In this document: one piece after another, positions 43,958 to 53,438 of the stretch
Layout of the letters: each line of letters starts with the position of its first letter
How positions within the stretch are numbered: the first letter of the stretch is position 1
Assembly: GCA_037969395.1 (NCBI GenBank)
Contig: JBBKXJ010000070.1
Location: 3,935-67,934 of the forward strand
Length of the DNA: 64,000 nt
Origin: Pseudomonadales bacterium
GTDB lineage: Bacteria > Pseudomonadota > Gammaproteobacteria > Pseudomonadales > JAUIET01
Direction of reading: 5' to 3'
Program-made: the position numbers and the translations under genes
The notes under the pieces: model-generated
The model's database searches: none
Seen by the model: only the letters and a program-made list of their open reading frames with translations
What the model was told of the DNA's origin: nothing

Positions 43958-45316
43958 ATGCCCAACCCTACCGATAACAGCTCAGCCAGAGACCAGTTGC
44001 AAGAGCTGAATGCGGCGCTTGCCAGCGGCACCTTTAAACAGGTGCGTGCCATGCTAAACACGCTGCGGCACGTTGATGTAGCGCGCCTGATAGAGTCGTC
44101 AACGCCAAAAAATCGCCAGCTGTTGTGGCGCCTGATAGATGTTGAGAACGAAGGCGAAGTACTGCAGGCGCTGAACGACGATATTAGTAATCAGTTTCTA
44201 AGCGCTATGGACGCGGAAGAAATCGTTGCTCTGACCGAAGGTCTGGAAACCGACGATATAGCCGATCTGCTGCAGCAGCTGCCGGACCAGATAATAGCCG
44301 AAGTGCTGCGAGCAATGGATGTGCAGGATCGGCAGCGGCTGGAAACGATTCTTACCTACCCGGAAGACACGGCGGGTGGTTTGATGAATACCGATACCAT
44401 TACCGTGCGCCCCAGCCATACGCTTGACGTGGTGCTGCGCTATCTACGCCGGCACGACGAAATCCCGCGCATGACCGACAACCTAATTGTAGTGGACCGG
44501 CAGGATACTTTTCTGGGTTTACTGCAACTGCGTAAAATACTGGTCAGCGACCCGACGACCACGGTACGCGACATCATGCTAACCGATGTGGAAGCCATTC
44601 CGGCTAGCATGTCAGACTCCGAGGTCGCGTCTCTTTTTGAACGCCACGACTGGGTATCGACCCCGGTAGTCGACGCAGACGGCAAACTCCTCGGTCGTAT
44701 CACCATCGATGACGTGGTAGACGTGATCATGGAGGATGCGGACCACTCGTTGATGAGCATGGCAGGGCTTGATGAGGACGAGGACACGTTCGCATCGGTG
44801 CGCAAAAGCGCACCGCGCCGAGCGATCTGGCTGGGCGTCAACCTGATTACCGCATTCATCGCCTCGGCCGCCATCAAAATGTTTGAGGCCACGTTAGACC
44901 AAGTGGTCGCGCTTGCCATATTGATGCCCATTGTTGCCAGTATGGGAGGCGTTGCCGGCAGCCAGACCCTGACAATTGTCATCCGGGGCATGGCGTTGGG
45001 CCACATCGGTAAAAACAATACGTACTGGCTGTGTAGCCGCGAGCTGGCCGTTGCCGCGCTGAATGGTATGTTATGGTCAGCACTGGTTGCCGTCGTCGCC
45101 GTGCTGTGGTTTCACGATATACGCATAGGTATTGTTATTGCGCTTGCCATATTTATCAATCTACTCACCGCTGCGCTGGCAGGCGTGTTGCTACCGTTAC
45201 TTATGAAACAGGTACACATTGATCCCGCACTAGCCGGCAGCGTAGCGTTGACCACCATTACGGACGTGGTTGGCTTCGTTTCATTTTTAGGATTGGCTAC
45301 ATATTTTTACGCATGA
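43958..45316 (+). CDS. mgtE: Magnesium transporter MgtE
   Basis: YPEDTAGGLM, CBS pair, ASMGG, DPALA..TTITD. Confidence 0.96.
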   Translation: MPNPTDNSSARDQLQELNAALASGTFKQVRAMLNTLRHVDVARLIESSTPKNRQLLWRLIDVENEGEVLQALNDDISNQFLSAMDAEEIVALTEGLETDDIADLLQQLPDQIIAEVLRAMDVQDRQRLETILTYPEDTAGGLMNTDTITVRPSHTLDVVLRYLRRHDEIPRMTDNLIVVDRQDTFLGLLQLRKILVSDPTTTVRDIMLTDVEAIPASMSDSEVASLFERHDWVSTPVVDADGKLLGRITIDDVVDVIMEDADHSLMSMAGLDEDEDTFASVRKSAPRRAIWLGVNLITAFIASAAIKMFEATLDQVVALAILMPIVASMGGVAGSQTLTIVIRGMALGHIGKNNTYWLCSRELAVAALNGMLWSALVAVVAVLWFHDIRIGIVIALAIFINLLTAALAGVLLPLLMKQVHIDPALAGSVALTTITDVVGFVSFLGLATYFYA

Positions 45317-45828
45317 CAACAGACGAATTTGAAGAAGAAAGAAAAAAAAGTAAATCGCAATTGAAGCGCGAGATGACCGCACTGCAGGATATGGGAGCAA
45401 CGCTGGTGCAACTCAGTGATCGTGATTTGCAGCGCGTGCCGCTCGACGCTGTGCTAAAAGCTGAAATCCTGCAAGCCCGCAGCATACAGCAGCACGAGGG
45501 TCGCCGCCGCCAGCTGCAGTACATCGGCAAACTGATGCGCTCAATGGATTGCTCTGACATAGCAACCGCACTGCAGCGCATGGCCGATGGTAATCGTGCC
45601 GAGGCTCGCCAGTTTCATGCGCTGGAAGCGTTGCGTGACCAACTCATTGCCGACACGGACGGCGCACTGGAAGCTACCCTTGAGACCTATCCGCATACCG
45701 ACCGGCAACATCTCCGGCAGCTAGTGCGTAACGCCCGGCATGAGCTGGCTGCCGACAAGCCGCCCGCCAGCGCGCGCAAGTTATTTCGTTATTTGCGTGA
45801 ACTGGCTACCAATGGGGACAACACTTAG
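45313..45828 (+). CDS. yjgA: Ribosome biogenesis factor YjgA/DarP
   Basis: SKSQLKRE, RRQLQYIGKLMR, DRQHLRQL. ATGA overlap with mgtE. Confidence 0.95.
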   Translation: MTTDEFEEERKKSKSQLKREMTALQDMGATLVQLSDRDLQRVPLDAVLKAEILQARSIQQHEGRRRQLQYIGKLMRSMDCSDIATALQRMADGNRAEARQFHALEALRDQLIADTDGALEATLETYPHTDRQHLRQLVRNARHELAADKPPASARKLFRYLRELATNGDNT

Positions 45829-45897
45829 GGGGCGCAGCGCGCACCTCGGAACCGCACCTGCGATCATCCCCTACCCCGTGCGCACAGCGCAGCCTAC
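45825..45897. repeat. Inverted pair of GTAG-type REP-like sequences
   Basis: TTAGGGGGCGCAGCGCGCACC (45825-45845) faces GTAGGCTGCGCTGTGCGCAC on the minus strand (45897-45878). Confidence 0.6.
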
Positions 45898-46763
45898 GGG
45901 TGATGCATTCGAGTGCGCGTGGCGCACTGCTCCGGCACCCTGATTTTTTGGTGGCGATGTATCGGCATGCGTTGGCGCAAATCGTGCAGCTGACTTAGGT
46001 CAATATCAGCAATAGCAAAGCCCTCTCCCTGCTCGCATTGCGCTAACACTGCACCCCACGGGTCGACAATCATTGAATGCCCCCAGGTTGCACGTTTTGG
46101 CGTGTGCTGCCCGCCCTGATTGGGGGCGAGCACGAAACAGCAATTCTCAATCGCGCGCGCCTGCAGTAGAGGTTGCCAGTGCGCCTGCCCGGTGCGTTCG
46201 GTAAAGGCCGAAGGCACGGTAATAAGATCAATGCCCTGCTGAAACATAGCTCGGTACAGTTCGGGAAAACGCAGATCGTAGCAAATACTCAAGCCCAGCC
46301 TGGCGAAGGGCATAGCGATGCTAACCACCTCGTCGCCGGCGGCCAGCGTGTCAGACTCTTTGTAGCGCCCCTGCGCATCGCCTACGTCCGCATCAAACAG
46401 ATGAATTTTGCGATAACAAGCGCGCTCTACTCCGTTTGGGTCCAACACCAGACTGGCGGCATAAACTTTTCGCGCATTTGCAGGCAGAGGAATGCTGCCG
46501 CCGACCAGCCAAACGCCGTGCTCGCGCGCCGTGGCGGCAAGGAAGGTGCGCAAGGGGCCAGCTTTGGAAGCCTCTTCACGGCTGGTCTCAAATAACATGC
46601 TGCTGGAAAAAAGCGCAAAATTCTCAGGCAATACCAGCAGGCTGGCGCCCTCTCCAGCGGCCTGACGTATTAGTTCGGCGGCGACCTGCAGATTGGCGGC
46701 AACGTCAGCGCCACTAACCATTTGAATAACGGCGGCGCGAATAGTTGTGGTAGCGGCGCTCAT
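45894..46763 (-). CDS. Carbon-nitrogen hydrolase (Nit1-like)
   Basis: E-K-C triad: LPENF, YRKIHLFD, ICYDLRFPE. Confidence 0.93.
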   Translation of the reverse strand: MSAATTTIRAAVIQMVSGADVAANLQVAAELIRQAAGEGASLLVLPENFALFSSSMLFETSREEASKAGPLRTFLAATAREHGVWLVGGSIPLPANARKVYAASLVLDPNGVERACYRKIHLFDADVGDAQGRYKESDTLAAGDEVVSIAMPFARLGLSICYDLRFPELYRAMFQQGIDLITVPSAFTERTGQAHWQPLLQARAIENCCFVLAPNQGGQHTPKRATWGHSMIVDPWGAVLAQCEQGEGFAIADIDLSQLHDLRQRMPIHRHQKIRVPEQCATRTRMHHP

Positions 46764-49700
46764 TGTACTGCTCTCTTTTGCTTGATCGGTGCCTCGGCCT
46801 TGTTCGCTTTCATACTGTCATCGAAGATTTTGTCCAGCTTGATTGCCGGGTTGTCCCACTTGCCTTTGATGGTGTAAGAGGCACTGGAGAGTTTATCGAG
46901 CTGCTCTTGGAATATCTTGCCAGCTACATAAACGCCAGCGGCAGCCGGTATACCGCCTGCCAACGCGACTACCCACGGCAAGTTGCTCGCAAACGGCAAC
47001 GTGGCTATCATTTTCGTGTCGACCAGCTCATTCTCCAAATCAACCGTACCGGTCATTTGAAAGCGACTTGACGGGCCTTTGACGCTTAACGTGTCGACAA
47101 TCTGCATTTTACCGTTTTCAATATGGAAACCACCCCGAATACTGTCGTAGCTTAATCCTCGGTTGAATACATCTTTAAAGTCGAATTTCAAGCGACGTAA
47201 AATCGTATCAAAATTAAAAATGCTAAATAGTCGCAGGGCGTTGGCGGCTGAATTGTCTTCCATAAATTGACCGTCAGTCATGGAAAAGTTGACGTCGCCT
47301 TCCAGGTTGTTGAGCCCGAACTGCAGCGGCGAGCCATACCATCCCAGCCTGGGTACCACAAATGAAGCTTTTTTAGCGCGTATAGCTTCAGCAAAGCCCC
47401 AGTCGCGCAACACCTTACCAAGATCTTCGCACGCCAGCGCACCCCGGAATTTGGTCTGCTGCTGGTTGCCGACACGCCGCCATTGCAGCCAGGCTTTGCT
47501 ATTGGCTTTGTCATCGGCTTTGTCATCGGCTTTGCCGTCAGTGTCACCCGCGACATGAACGCCTTTAACATTCGCCAACAGGTCGTGCAGCTCTAAGCCG
47601 TGCTCAACCTTGCGCGCTGAAAATGCCCAGCTACCGTAGCGCTGGTCGCCGACTCTGAAGTCTTGCAATGCAAATTTCATCGCCGGCACAGTGTCCGGAT
47701 AAAAATCGTCGAGCAGGGAAGAGTCAATCGCGCCCTTCCCGGCTGCTTCGTCCACTGGTTTTGCCGCGCCCACCAGATACATTTTTTGCAGGTCCAGCGA
47801 TAACGACGGTTCACGGCTACTGTTGTAGCCGGCCTTACCGGCTACATTCGCGCCGTTAACCTTGAACTGCCAGTCCCCGTCAACATGCGTTAGCGCCAGT
47901 TCGGCTGCCCCGAACTCCGCGCCAAAGACATTGAATTTATCGATACTGATGGCGTCGCCCGCCAACTTGCCGATCTTATTTGCCTGTCTGTCTGCGCCCT
48001 GCGGTTGTGACTGCTGAATTGTCTCCTGCTGCGTCGTGAATTTATCCAGCACGTCCAGCCACGGACCGAGATCGAAACTTTCCAGCCCGCCGGAAATTTG
48101 CAATCGGTCAGAAAAATACGACGCGCCGGTATCGCCGCCCAAACCCAGCGAGCCAGTCAGCGGTTGGTCCTGGTGCAATATCAGAGCGGCTCGGGTTCGG
48201 TCTTGCAAAGCAATGCTCATGCGCAGCGGCGTATCGGACAGAAACAAATTAACTTCCAGCGGAGCAATGCTGCCCGTATCTTTTTGCAGCGGTGGCGGCA
48301 GCGTCGATTGCAGCTGTTCCAAATCCGACGTAATCCGCAAGCGGCTATCGCCTTTGGCGATACTCAGTCGAGCCGTGTAGTTAGCACTGCCAGTAACGTA
48401 ATCCTGTAACGGATAGTTCAACCAGGTAACGATATCCTCGCCGCTGGCGCTGCCCATCAATTTAATAACGGTTTTCCAATTTACGTCCTGACCGGGCGGC
48501 TTATCTACGGCGGATATTTTTGTAGCCGCTGCCGCTAATTTTGCTTTACCAGCTGGTGTTTCGCTGCCGGCATGTGGTGCTGGTTTGGGAGACGCTTTAG
48601 CTACCGCTTTCAGCTTTTCATCCTTCGCCGGTGTAACGACGCCAGCCACCTTGGTGGAATTGATAGCAACTGATAAGTCTTTACCCCATAGCCGGCCGTT
48701 CAAACCCAGGGAATACAGCTGGCGTTGCGTGGTATAGTGCAACGGCCCGGATATTTCATCAAACTCCAAATTAAGGCCCGCATGCTTAAACACCGCCCGC
48801 TGCAATTGCGCGTCAATATCTACTTGCTTTGTCGCGTCGCTGCCAAATGGTAACTCGGCGCGCAGTTTGGCCCGTACTTTGCCAGCACCCTGCCAGGCGT
48901 CCAGCGCATCGCCGACGAACTCACGAACCGGCGACTGCTTAATCACCTCCAAAGCGGCTTGCACTTTGCCATTAACAGCACTATCTATGGTTAGCAAACT
49001 GCCTTTTTCTGCGGCGGGGCCATATTTAATTGTGCTGTCGGTGAGTGTCAAACCGAGCATCGACGCGTTGCTGGCTTCCACCTGCACGTTCTTATCATCA
49101 ACAAAAATGTCGCCGGCGACCTGCGAAACTTGTGGCCAGCCGCTGTCGTAATCCACTGTGCCGTTGACCACATCGAAATAAAGTTGAATGGAGCGTTCAA
49201 GATCGGCGCCTGCGGCGATAGACCCGCGATAAATAAAGGCGCCATCGCGCACATCCCCCTGCTTGATGCTTTTATCCAGCCAGGCAACCAGCTCCTCTCC
49301 TACCGTATAGGGAATAAACTGGTTTTTGAATTTGGCCGACGTGTCTTGCAAACCAATAACCAGATTCATTTGCGGATAATGGTCGTCGCGCTTCGGCAAT
49401 GGAATATTGAGATCAAAATAACCGTTTGCGTTACCCGAGGGGCCATGGAGTCGCAGAGCACCGCTTTGCAGCGTGACGGCATGCTTGCTGATGTTCCAGA
49501 CAACGGTGCCAATGGCAGAATCAAAGCCCAGTGGCTGGTGATAAAGTCTGGGGAAATCCAGACTAAAATCGCTGGAATCAAGACTGACCACACCGCTTTC
49601 AAGATCCGTCACCACACTACCGCTAAGTCCGGCAGCACCTGGCGCGCCTTCCCACGCCGATATCTTAACTTTATCAAGCCGTGCCAGTATATGTGGTGTT

Positions 49701-50872
49701 TGATCTGTCGCCTCGCTTGGCACCAGCAAGCTCACATCGCGCAACCAGCCGCTGGGGTCCAGCGTTGCTAATATCTCCTGCGCTTGTGTCGGCATTAAAC
49801 CAAGTTCGCTAAGTAGATAGTTGGCTGGCGCCAGTTCTATCGCATCAACACTCAGGGCAAGGATGTGCCGGGTACGCCTCAGCCAGGCGTGCTCCACCGC
49901 GACGCGTTGATCGCCTAACATCAAACTGACGTCGCTCAACCACACGCCGATTTGTTTTCGATTACTCATATCGAGTAAAAAGTCAGTGCGTACCTGCTGT
50001 AACGCCTTGCTGGTTTCGCCGTCGCTATGCAGCAGTGCCGCGCTTCGCGCCTCAATGCTGCCCTGCGCCTCTACGTCGTAATTGTCGGCCCAGTCCAACC
50101 ACAGCTCACCCGAAACGTCAGGCATCTGAAGCTGCCAGTTACCCAGCGCCAGCGTCGACGCGATGCCGGATACATCGATTCCCTGAAACGCCGCATGCCC
50201 CTGTACGCTGAAGTCTGAAGAGTTCGGTATGCCGCGTCCTTCCAAAATTATATTGACCGGCACAGTTGAATTTTGCGGCAGCGCGTTTGCGTCAATATGC
50301 CAGCGGTCGCCTTGCTTCAGCAGCTGCAGGTTAACATGCTCAATGCGCAGCTCACTGCCGTTGTGGCGCAGCAGCTCGACACTTGAATCAGCGATGTCCG
50401 CTCGCTCAAACGCGTTGTAAACGTTGCGAATTTGCTGCGCTGTCAAGCCATCGGTAGCGGGCAGAAAATTCTGCGCGAGCTGCCAGCCGCCGGCTTTTGT
50501 TTCACGCAGCTGCAGCTGCGTTTTTGCAATAGCCACATGTGACACCAGCGGCTGCTGATGCCACAAACTAAGCAACAGGTTAATTTTTACGCGCACCGAT
50601 TCGGCGTCAATACCACTGCGCGAAGGACCGAAATGCACATCGCGGGCGGCGATAATGGGCGACAGTTTTGCCCATTCACCCTGCAGATCAGCCGCGTCGA
50701 TTCCGAACCCGGCCTGAGTGCTACTCCAGGTCATTATTTTGCTGCGGTAGTCGCCGATATGCGCCACGTAGTAGCGCCCCATAGTCGCGACCAAAGCCAG
50801 TACCACGAGAACGGCAACTGCGGCGTAGCCAAGACAGCGACCCGCAAAGGCAAAATTATGAGAAGAAGTCAT
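46760..50872 (-). CDS. yhdP: AsmA-like lipid transport protein YhdP
   Basis: 1370 aa, N-terminal TM, beta-rich; C-terminal RRLKFDFKD and Y.I.G.W.NP; lies between rng and the nitrilase gene. Confidence 0.9.
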   Translation of the reverse strand: MTSSHNFAFAGRCLGYAAVAVLVVLALVATMGRYYVAHIGDYRSKIMTWSSTQAGFGIDAADLQGEWAKLSPIIAARDVHFGPSRSGIDAESVRVKINLLLSLWHQQPLVSHVAIAKTQLQLRETKAGGWQLAQNFLPATDGLTAQQIRNVYNAFERADIADSSVELLRHNGSELRIEHVNLQLLKQGDRWHIDANALPQNSTVPVNIILEGRGIPNSSDFSVQGHAAFQGIDVSGIASTLALGNWQLQMPDVSGELWLDWADNYDVEAQGSIEARSAALLHSDGETSKALQQVRTDFLLDMSNRKQIGVWLSDVSLMLGDQRVAVEHAWLRRTRHILALSVDAIELAPANYLLSELGLMPTQAQEILATLDPSGWLRDVSLLVPSEATDQTPHILARLDKVKISAWEGAPGAAGLSGSVVTDLESGVVSLDSSDFSLDFPRLYHQPLGFDSAIGTVVWNISKHAVTLQSGALRLHGPSGNANGYFDLNIPLPKRDDHYPQMNLVIGLQDTSAKFKNQFIPYTVGEELVAWLDKSIKQGDVRDGAFIYRGSIAAGADLERSIQLYFDVVNGTVDYDSGWPQVSQVAGDIFVDDKNVQVEASNASMLGLTLTDSTIKYGPAAEKGSLLTIDSAVNGKVQAALEVIKQSPVREFVGDALDAWQGAGKVRAKLRAELPFGSDATKQVDIDAQLQRAVFKHAGLNLEFDEISGPLHYTTQRQLYSLGLNGRLWGKDLSVAINSTKVAGVVTPAKDEKLKAVAKASPKPAPHAGSETPAGKAKLAAAATKISAVDKPPGQDVNWKTVIKLMGSASGEDIVTWLNYPLQDYVTGSANYTARLSIAKGDSRLRITSDLEQLQSTLPPPLQKDTGSIAPLEVNLFLSDTPLRMSIALQDRTRAALILHQDQPLTGSLGLGGDTGASYFSDRLQISGGLESFDLGPWLDVLDKFTTQQETIQQSQPQGADRQANKIGKLAGDAISIDKFNVFGAEFGAAELALTHVDGDWQFKVNGANVAGKAGYNSSREPSLSLDLQKMYLVGAAKPVDEAAGKGAIDSSLLDDFYPDTVPAMKFALQDFRVGDQRYGSWAFSARKVEHGLELHDLLANVKGVHVAGDTDGKADDKADDKANSKAWLQWRRVGNQQQTKFRGALACEDLGKVLRDWGFAEAIRAKKASFVVPRLGWYGSPLQFGLNNLEGDVNFSMTDGQFMEDNSAANALRLFSIFNFDTILRRLKFDFKDVFNRGLSYDSIRGGFHIENGKMQIVDTLSVKGPSSRFQMTGTVDLENELVDTKMIATLPFASNLPWVVALAGGIPAAAGVYVAGKIFQEQLDKLSSASYTIKGKWDNPAIKLDKIFDDSMKANKAEAPIKQKRAVQ
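47492..47539. repeat. 12-bp tandem repeat inside yhdP (KADD-type)
   Basis: ggctttgctatt-ggctttgtcatc-ggctttgtcatc-ggctttgccgtc, encoding DGKADDKADDKANSKA. Confidence 0.8.
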
Positions 50873-50889
50873 GCCTTTTCTTGTTACAG

Positions 50890-52368
50890 CTAAAGCAAAA
50901 TCACATCGAATTGCTCTTGAGTGTACATAAGCTCCACCTGAAATTTGATCTCTTTACCGATAAATTCTTCCAAATCGGCCACGCTTGACGACTCTTCGTC
51001 GAGCAGGCGGTCAACAACAGGCTGCGATGCCAACACCAGATAGGTTTCATTTTCATACGCGCGCGCATCGCGCAAAATTTCCCGGAACACTTCGTAGCAC
51101 ACCGTCTCTGCTGATTTCATTGTGCCGCGCCCGTCGCAGGAGGGGCACGGCTCACACAGAATCTGTTCCAGACTTTCGCGGGTGCGTTTGCGCGTCATTT
51201 GCACCAGGCCAAGCTCGGAAATACCGGTAATTGATGTTTTAGCATGATCTTTAGCCAGCACTTTTTCCAGCGTGCGCAGCACCTGCCGTTGATGCTCGGG
51301 CTCGCGCATGTCGATAAAATCGATAATGATCATACCCCCCAGATTGCGCACGCGCAGCTGCCTCGCCAGCGCGGTGGCCGCTTCCAGGTTGGTTTTGAAT
51401 ATGGTCTCTTCCAGATTCCTGTGGCCGACGAATGCCCCGGTATTGATGTCAATCGTGGTCATAGCCTCGGTCTGGTCGAGGATAAGATAGCCGCCCGACT
51501 TGAGCTGCACTTTGCGACCCAGCGCTTTTTGCATCTCATCCTCGACGCCAAACAGATCAAAAATAGGCCGGTCACCCGCGTAATACTCAATGCAGCCAGC
51601 AACTTCGGGCACGAATGCCTGCGCAAATTCCTGCACCTTGGCGAAGGTTTCGCGTGAATCGACGCGCACCTTCTCCAGGTCTGGTCGCGCCAGATCGCGC
51701 ATTGTACGCAGCGACAACGGCAGGTCTTCATATATCACGCACGGCGGTTCGCAGTTCTGAATTTTTTGCTGTATCGACAGCCATAGCCGCTTCAAATAGC
51801 GCATATCGACTTTCAGTTCTTCAATGCCGACGCCTTCGGCCGCCGTACGCAAAATAAAACCACCCATGCCGGCCAGGCCTTCGGCTTCGGCACACTCCTG
51901 AATCTGTTGTTTCAGTCGTTCCCGTTCGGCCTCATCTTCGATCCGCTGCGACACCCCGATGTGGGTTGTCTGCGGCATATAAACTAAAAATCGCGACGAC
52001 ACCGACAAGTGTGTGGACAGGCGCGCGCCCTTGGTGCCGATAGGCTCCTTGATGATTTGTACGGTGAGTGCCTGCCCGTCGCGCACTATCGCGCGGATAT
52101 TGTCGCTGCCGTTGCCGCGCTCCTCCATCCCTTCGGCGTCAAGGCTGGCAATATCGCTGGCATGAATAAAACTGGCGCGCTCCAGGCCAACATCAACAAA
52201 TGCCGCCTGCATGCCCGGCAACACGCGTACTACCTTGCCTATATACACGTTGCCGACAATGCCCTTGCGCAATGACCGCTCAATGTAAACTTCCTGCAGC
52301 ATGCCATTTTCGACGAGCGCTACCCGGGTCTCCACCGGTGTCACATTGATCAATATTTCTTCACTCAT
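50890..52368 (-). CDS. rng: Ribonuclease G
   Basis: S1 domain (GMQAAFVD), IDINTG, IIIDFIDM, CPSCDG. Confidence 0.97.
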   Translation of the reverse strand: MSEEILINVTPVETRVALVENGMLQEVYIERSLRKGIVGNVYIGKVVRVLPGMQAAFVDVGLERASFIHASDIASLDAEGMEERGNGSDNIRAIVRDGQALTVQIIKEPIGTKGARLSTHLSVSSRFLVYMPQTTHIGVSQRIEDEAERERLKQQIQECAEAEGLAGMGGFILRTAAEGVGIEELKVDMRYLKRLWLSIQQKIQNCEPPCVIYEDLPLSLRTMRDLARPDLEKVRVDSRETFAKVQEFAQAFVPEVAGCIEYYAGDRPIFDLFGVEDEMQKALGRKVQLKSGGYLILDQTEAMTTIDINTGAFVGHRNLEETIFKTNLEAATALARQLRVRNLGGMIIIDFIDMREPEHQRQVLRTLEKVLAKDHAKTSITGISELGLVQMTRKRTRESLEQILCEPCPSCDGRGTMKSAETVCYEVFREILRDARAYENETYLVLASQPVVDRLLDEESSSVADLEEFIGKEIKFQVELMYTQEQFDVILL

Positions 52369-52400
52369 GCAGTGTCTCCACCCGGCGCGCCTTCATCTCT

Positions 52401-53000
52401 TCACCGACAAAGCACGTCAGTGCCGCATGCGCGCAGAAGTTGCGCGGTCTCGAACAAGGGTAACCCGACAATCGCCGAGTAGCTACCCGCGATGCGCTCC
52501 ACAAACATGCCACCGAGCCCCTGTATTGCATATGAACCTGCCTTATCCTGGCCCTCGCCGCTGTGCCAATAGGCGGTAATTTCGGTGTCGCTTAACGCCG
52601 CAAACTGCACATCGCTGGTGACGGTGCGCGCCGTCACCTGCTCGTTATAGCATAGCGCTACGCTGGTTATTACCCGATGCGCCCGCCCGGACAACAGTCG
52701 TAACATGCGTTGTCCATCTGCTGCATCTACAGGCTTGCCCAGGATTGTTGAATTAACAACCACAATGGTGTCGGCGCCGAGCACGGGAACACAATGTTGT
52801 CGCTGCGCGGCGTACCATCCTGCTTCTGCCTTGGCGCGCGCAAGGCGCTCAACGCAGGTAAGTGGCGACTCTGCGGTCGTGGGGCTTTCATCGATATCAA
52901 TATCAATGCGCTCAAAGCGCAGACCTAACTGCGCCAGTAAATCACGTCTTCGTGGCGATGCCGACGCAAGATAAAGCTGGCTTGTATGTTGTTTTGGCAT
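52401..53000 (-). CDS. maf: Maf/YhdE nucleotide pyrophosphatase
   Basis: LASASPRR, GADT, DKAGSYAIQG. ATG at 53000. Confidence 0.95.
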   Translation of the reverse strand: MPKQHTSQLYLASASPRRRDLLAQLGLRFERIDIDIDESPTTAESPLTCVERLARAKAEAGWYAAQRQHCVPVLGADTIVVVNSTILGKPVDAADGQRMLRLLSGRAHRVITSVALCYNEQVTARTVTSDVQFAALSDTEITAYWHSGEGQDKAGSYAIQGLGGMFVERIAGSYSAIVGLPLFETAQLLRACGTDVLCR

Positions 53001-53147
53001 TCGCACGCCCCCCCGCACCGCTAACCTTCACCACAAAGAAAATCAAACCCGGCGGCGGCAAACATTTAGGCCAGGCAGCAAATATGGTAACTTGCGGGTT
53101 TATATTATGAATCATAATACGAACCTGACACCAAGGAGAGAAAAACT

Positions 53148-53435
53148 ATGTCGGTATCTCGCTCCGACATCGAAAAAATTGCCGAACTGGCGCGTTTGCG
53201 GCTGGAAGAACACACGCTGGCCGAGGTGACGCAGAGCATTACCGACATTCTTGCGCTAGTCGATCAAATGCAGGCAGTTGATACCAAAGATATTGAGCCG
53301 ATGGCTAACCCGCAAGACGCCACCCAAAGATTACGCGCCGATGTTGTTACAGAACCTAATCAGCGTGCTGCCTTTCAGGCAATTGCACCGGCAGTTGAAG
53401 CTGGACTGTATCTCGTTCCCAAAGTAATAGAATAG
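53148..53435 (+). CDS. gatC: Glu/Asp-tRNA amidotransferase subunit C
   Basis: [22 protein letters not shown]; AGGAG RBS. Confidence 0.97.
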   Translation: MSVSRSDIEKIAELARLRLEEHTLAEVTQSITDILALVDQMQAVDTKDIEPMANPQDATQRLRADVVTEPNQRAAFQAIAPAVEAGLYLVPKVIE

Positions 53436-53438
53436 ACA

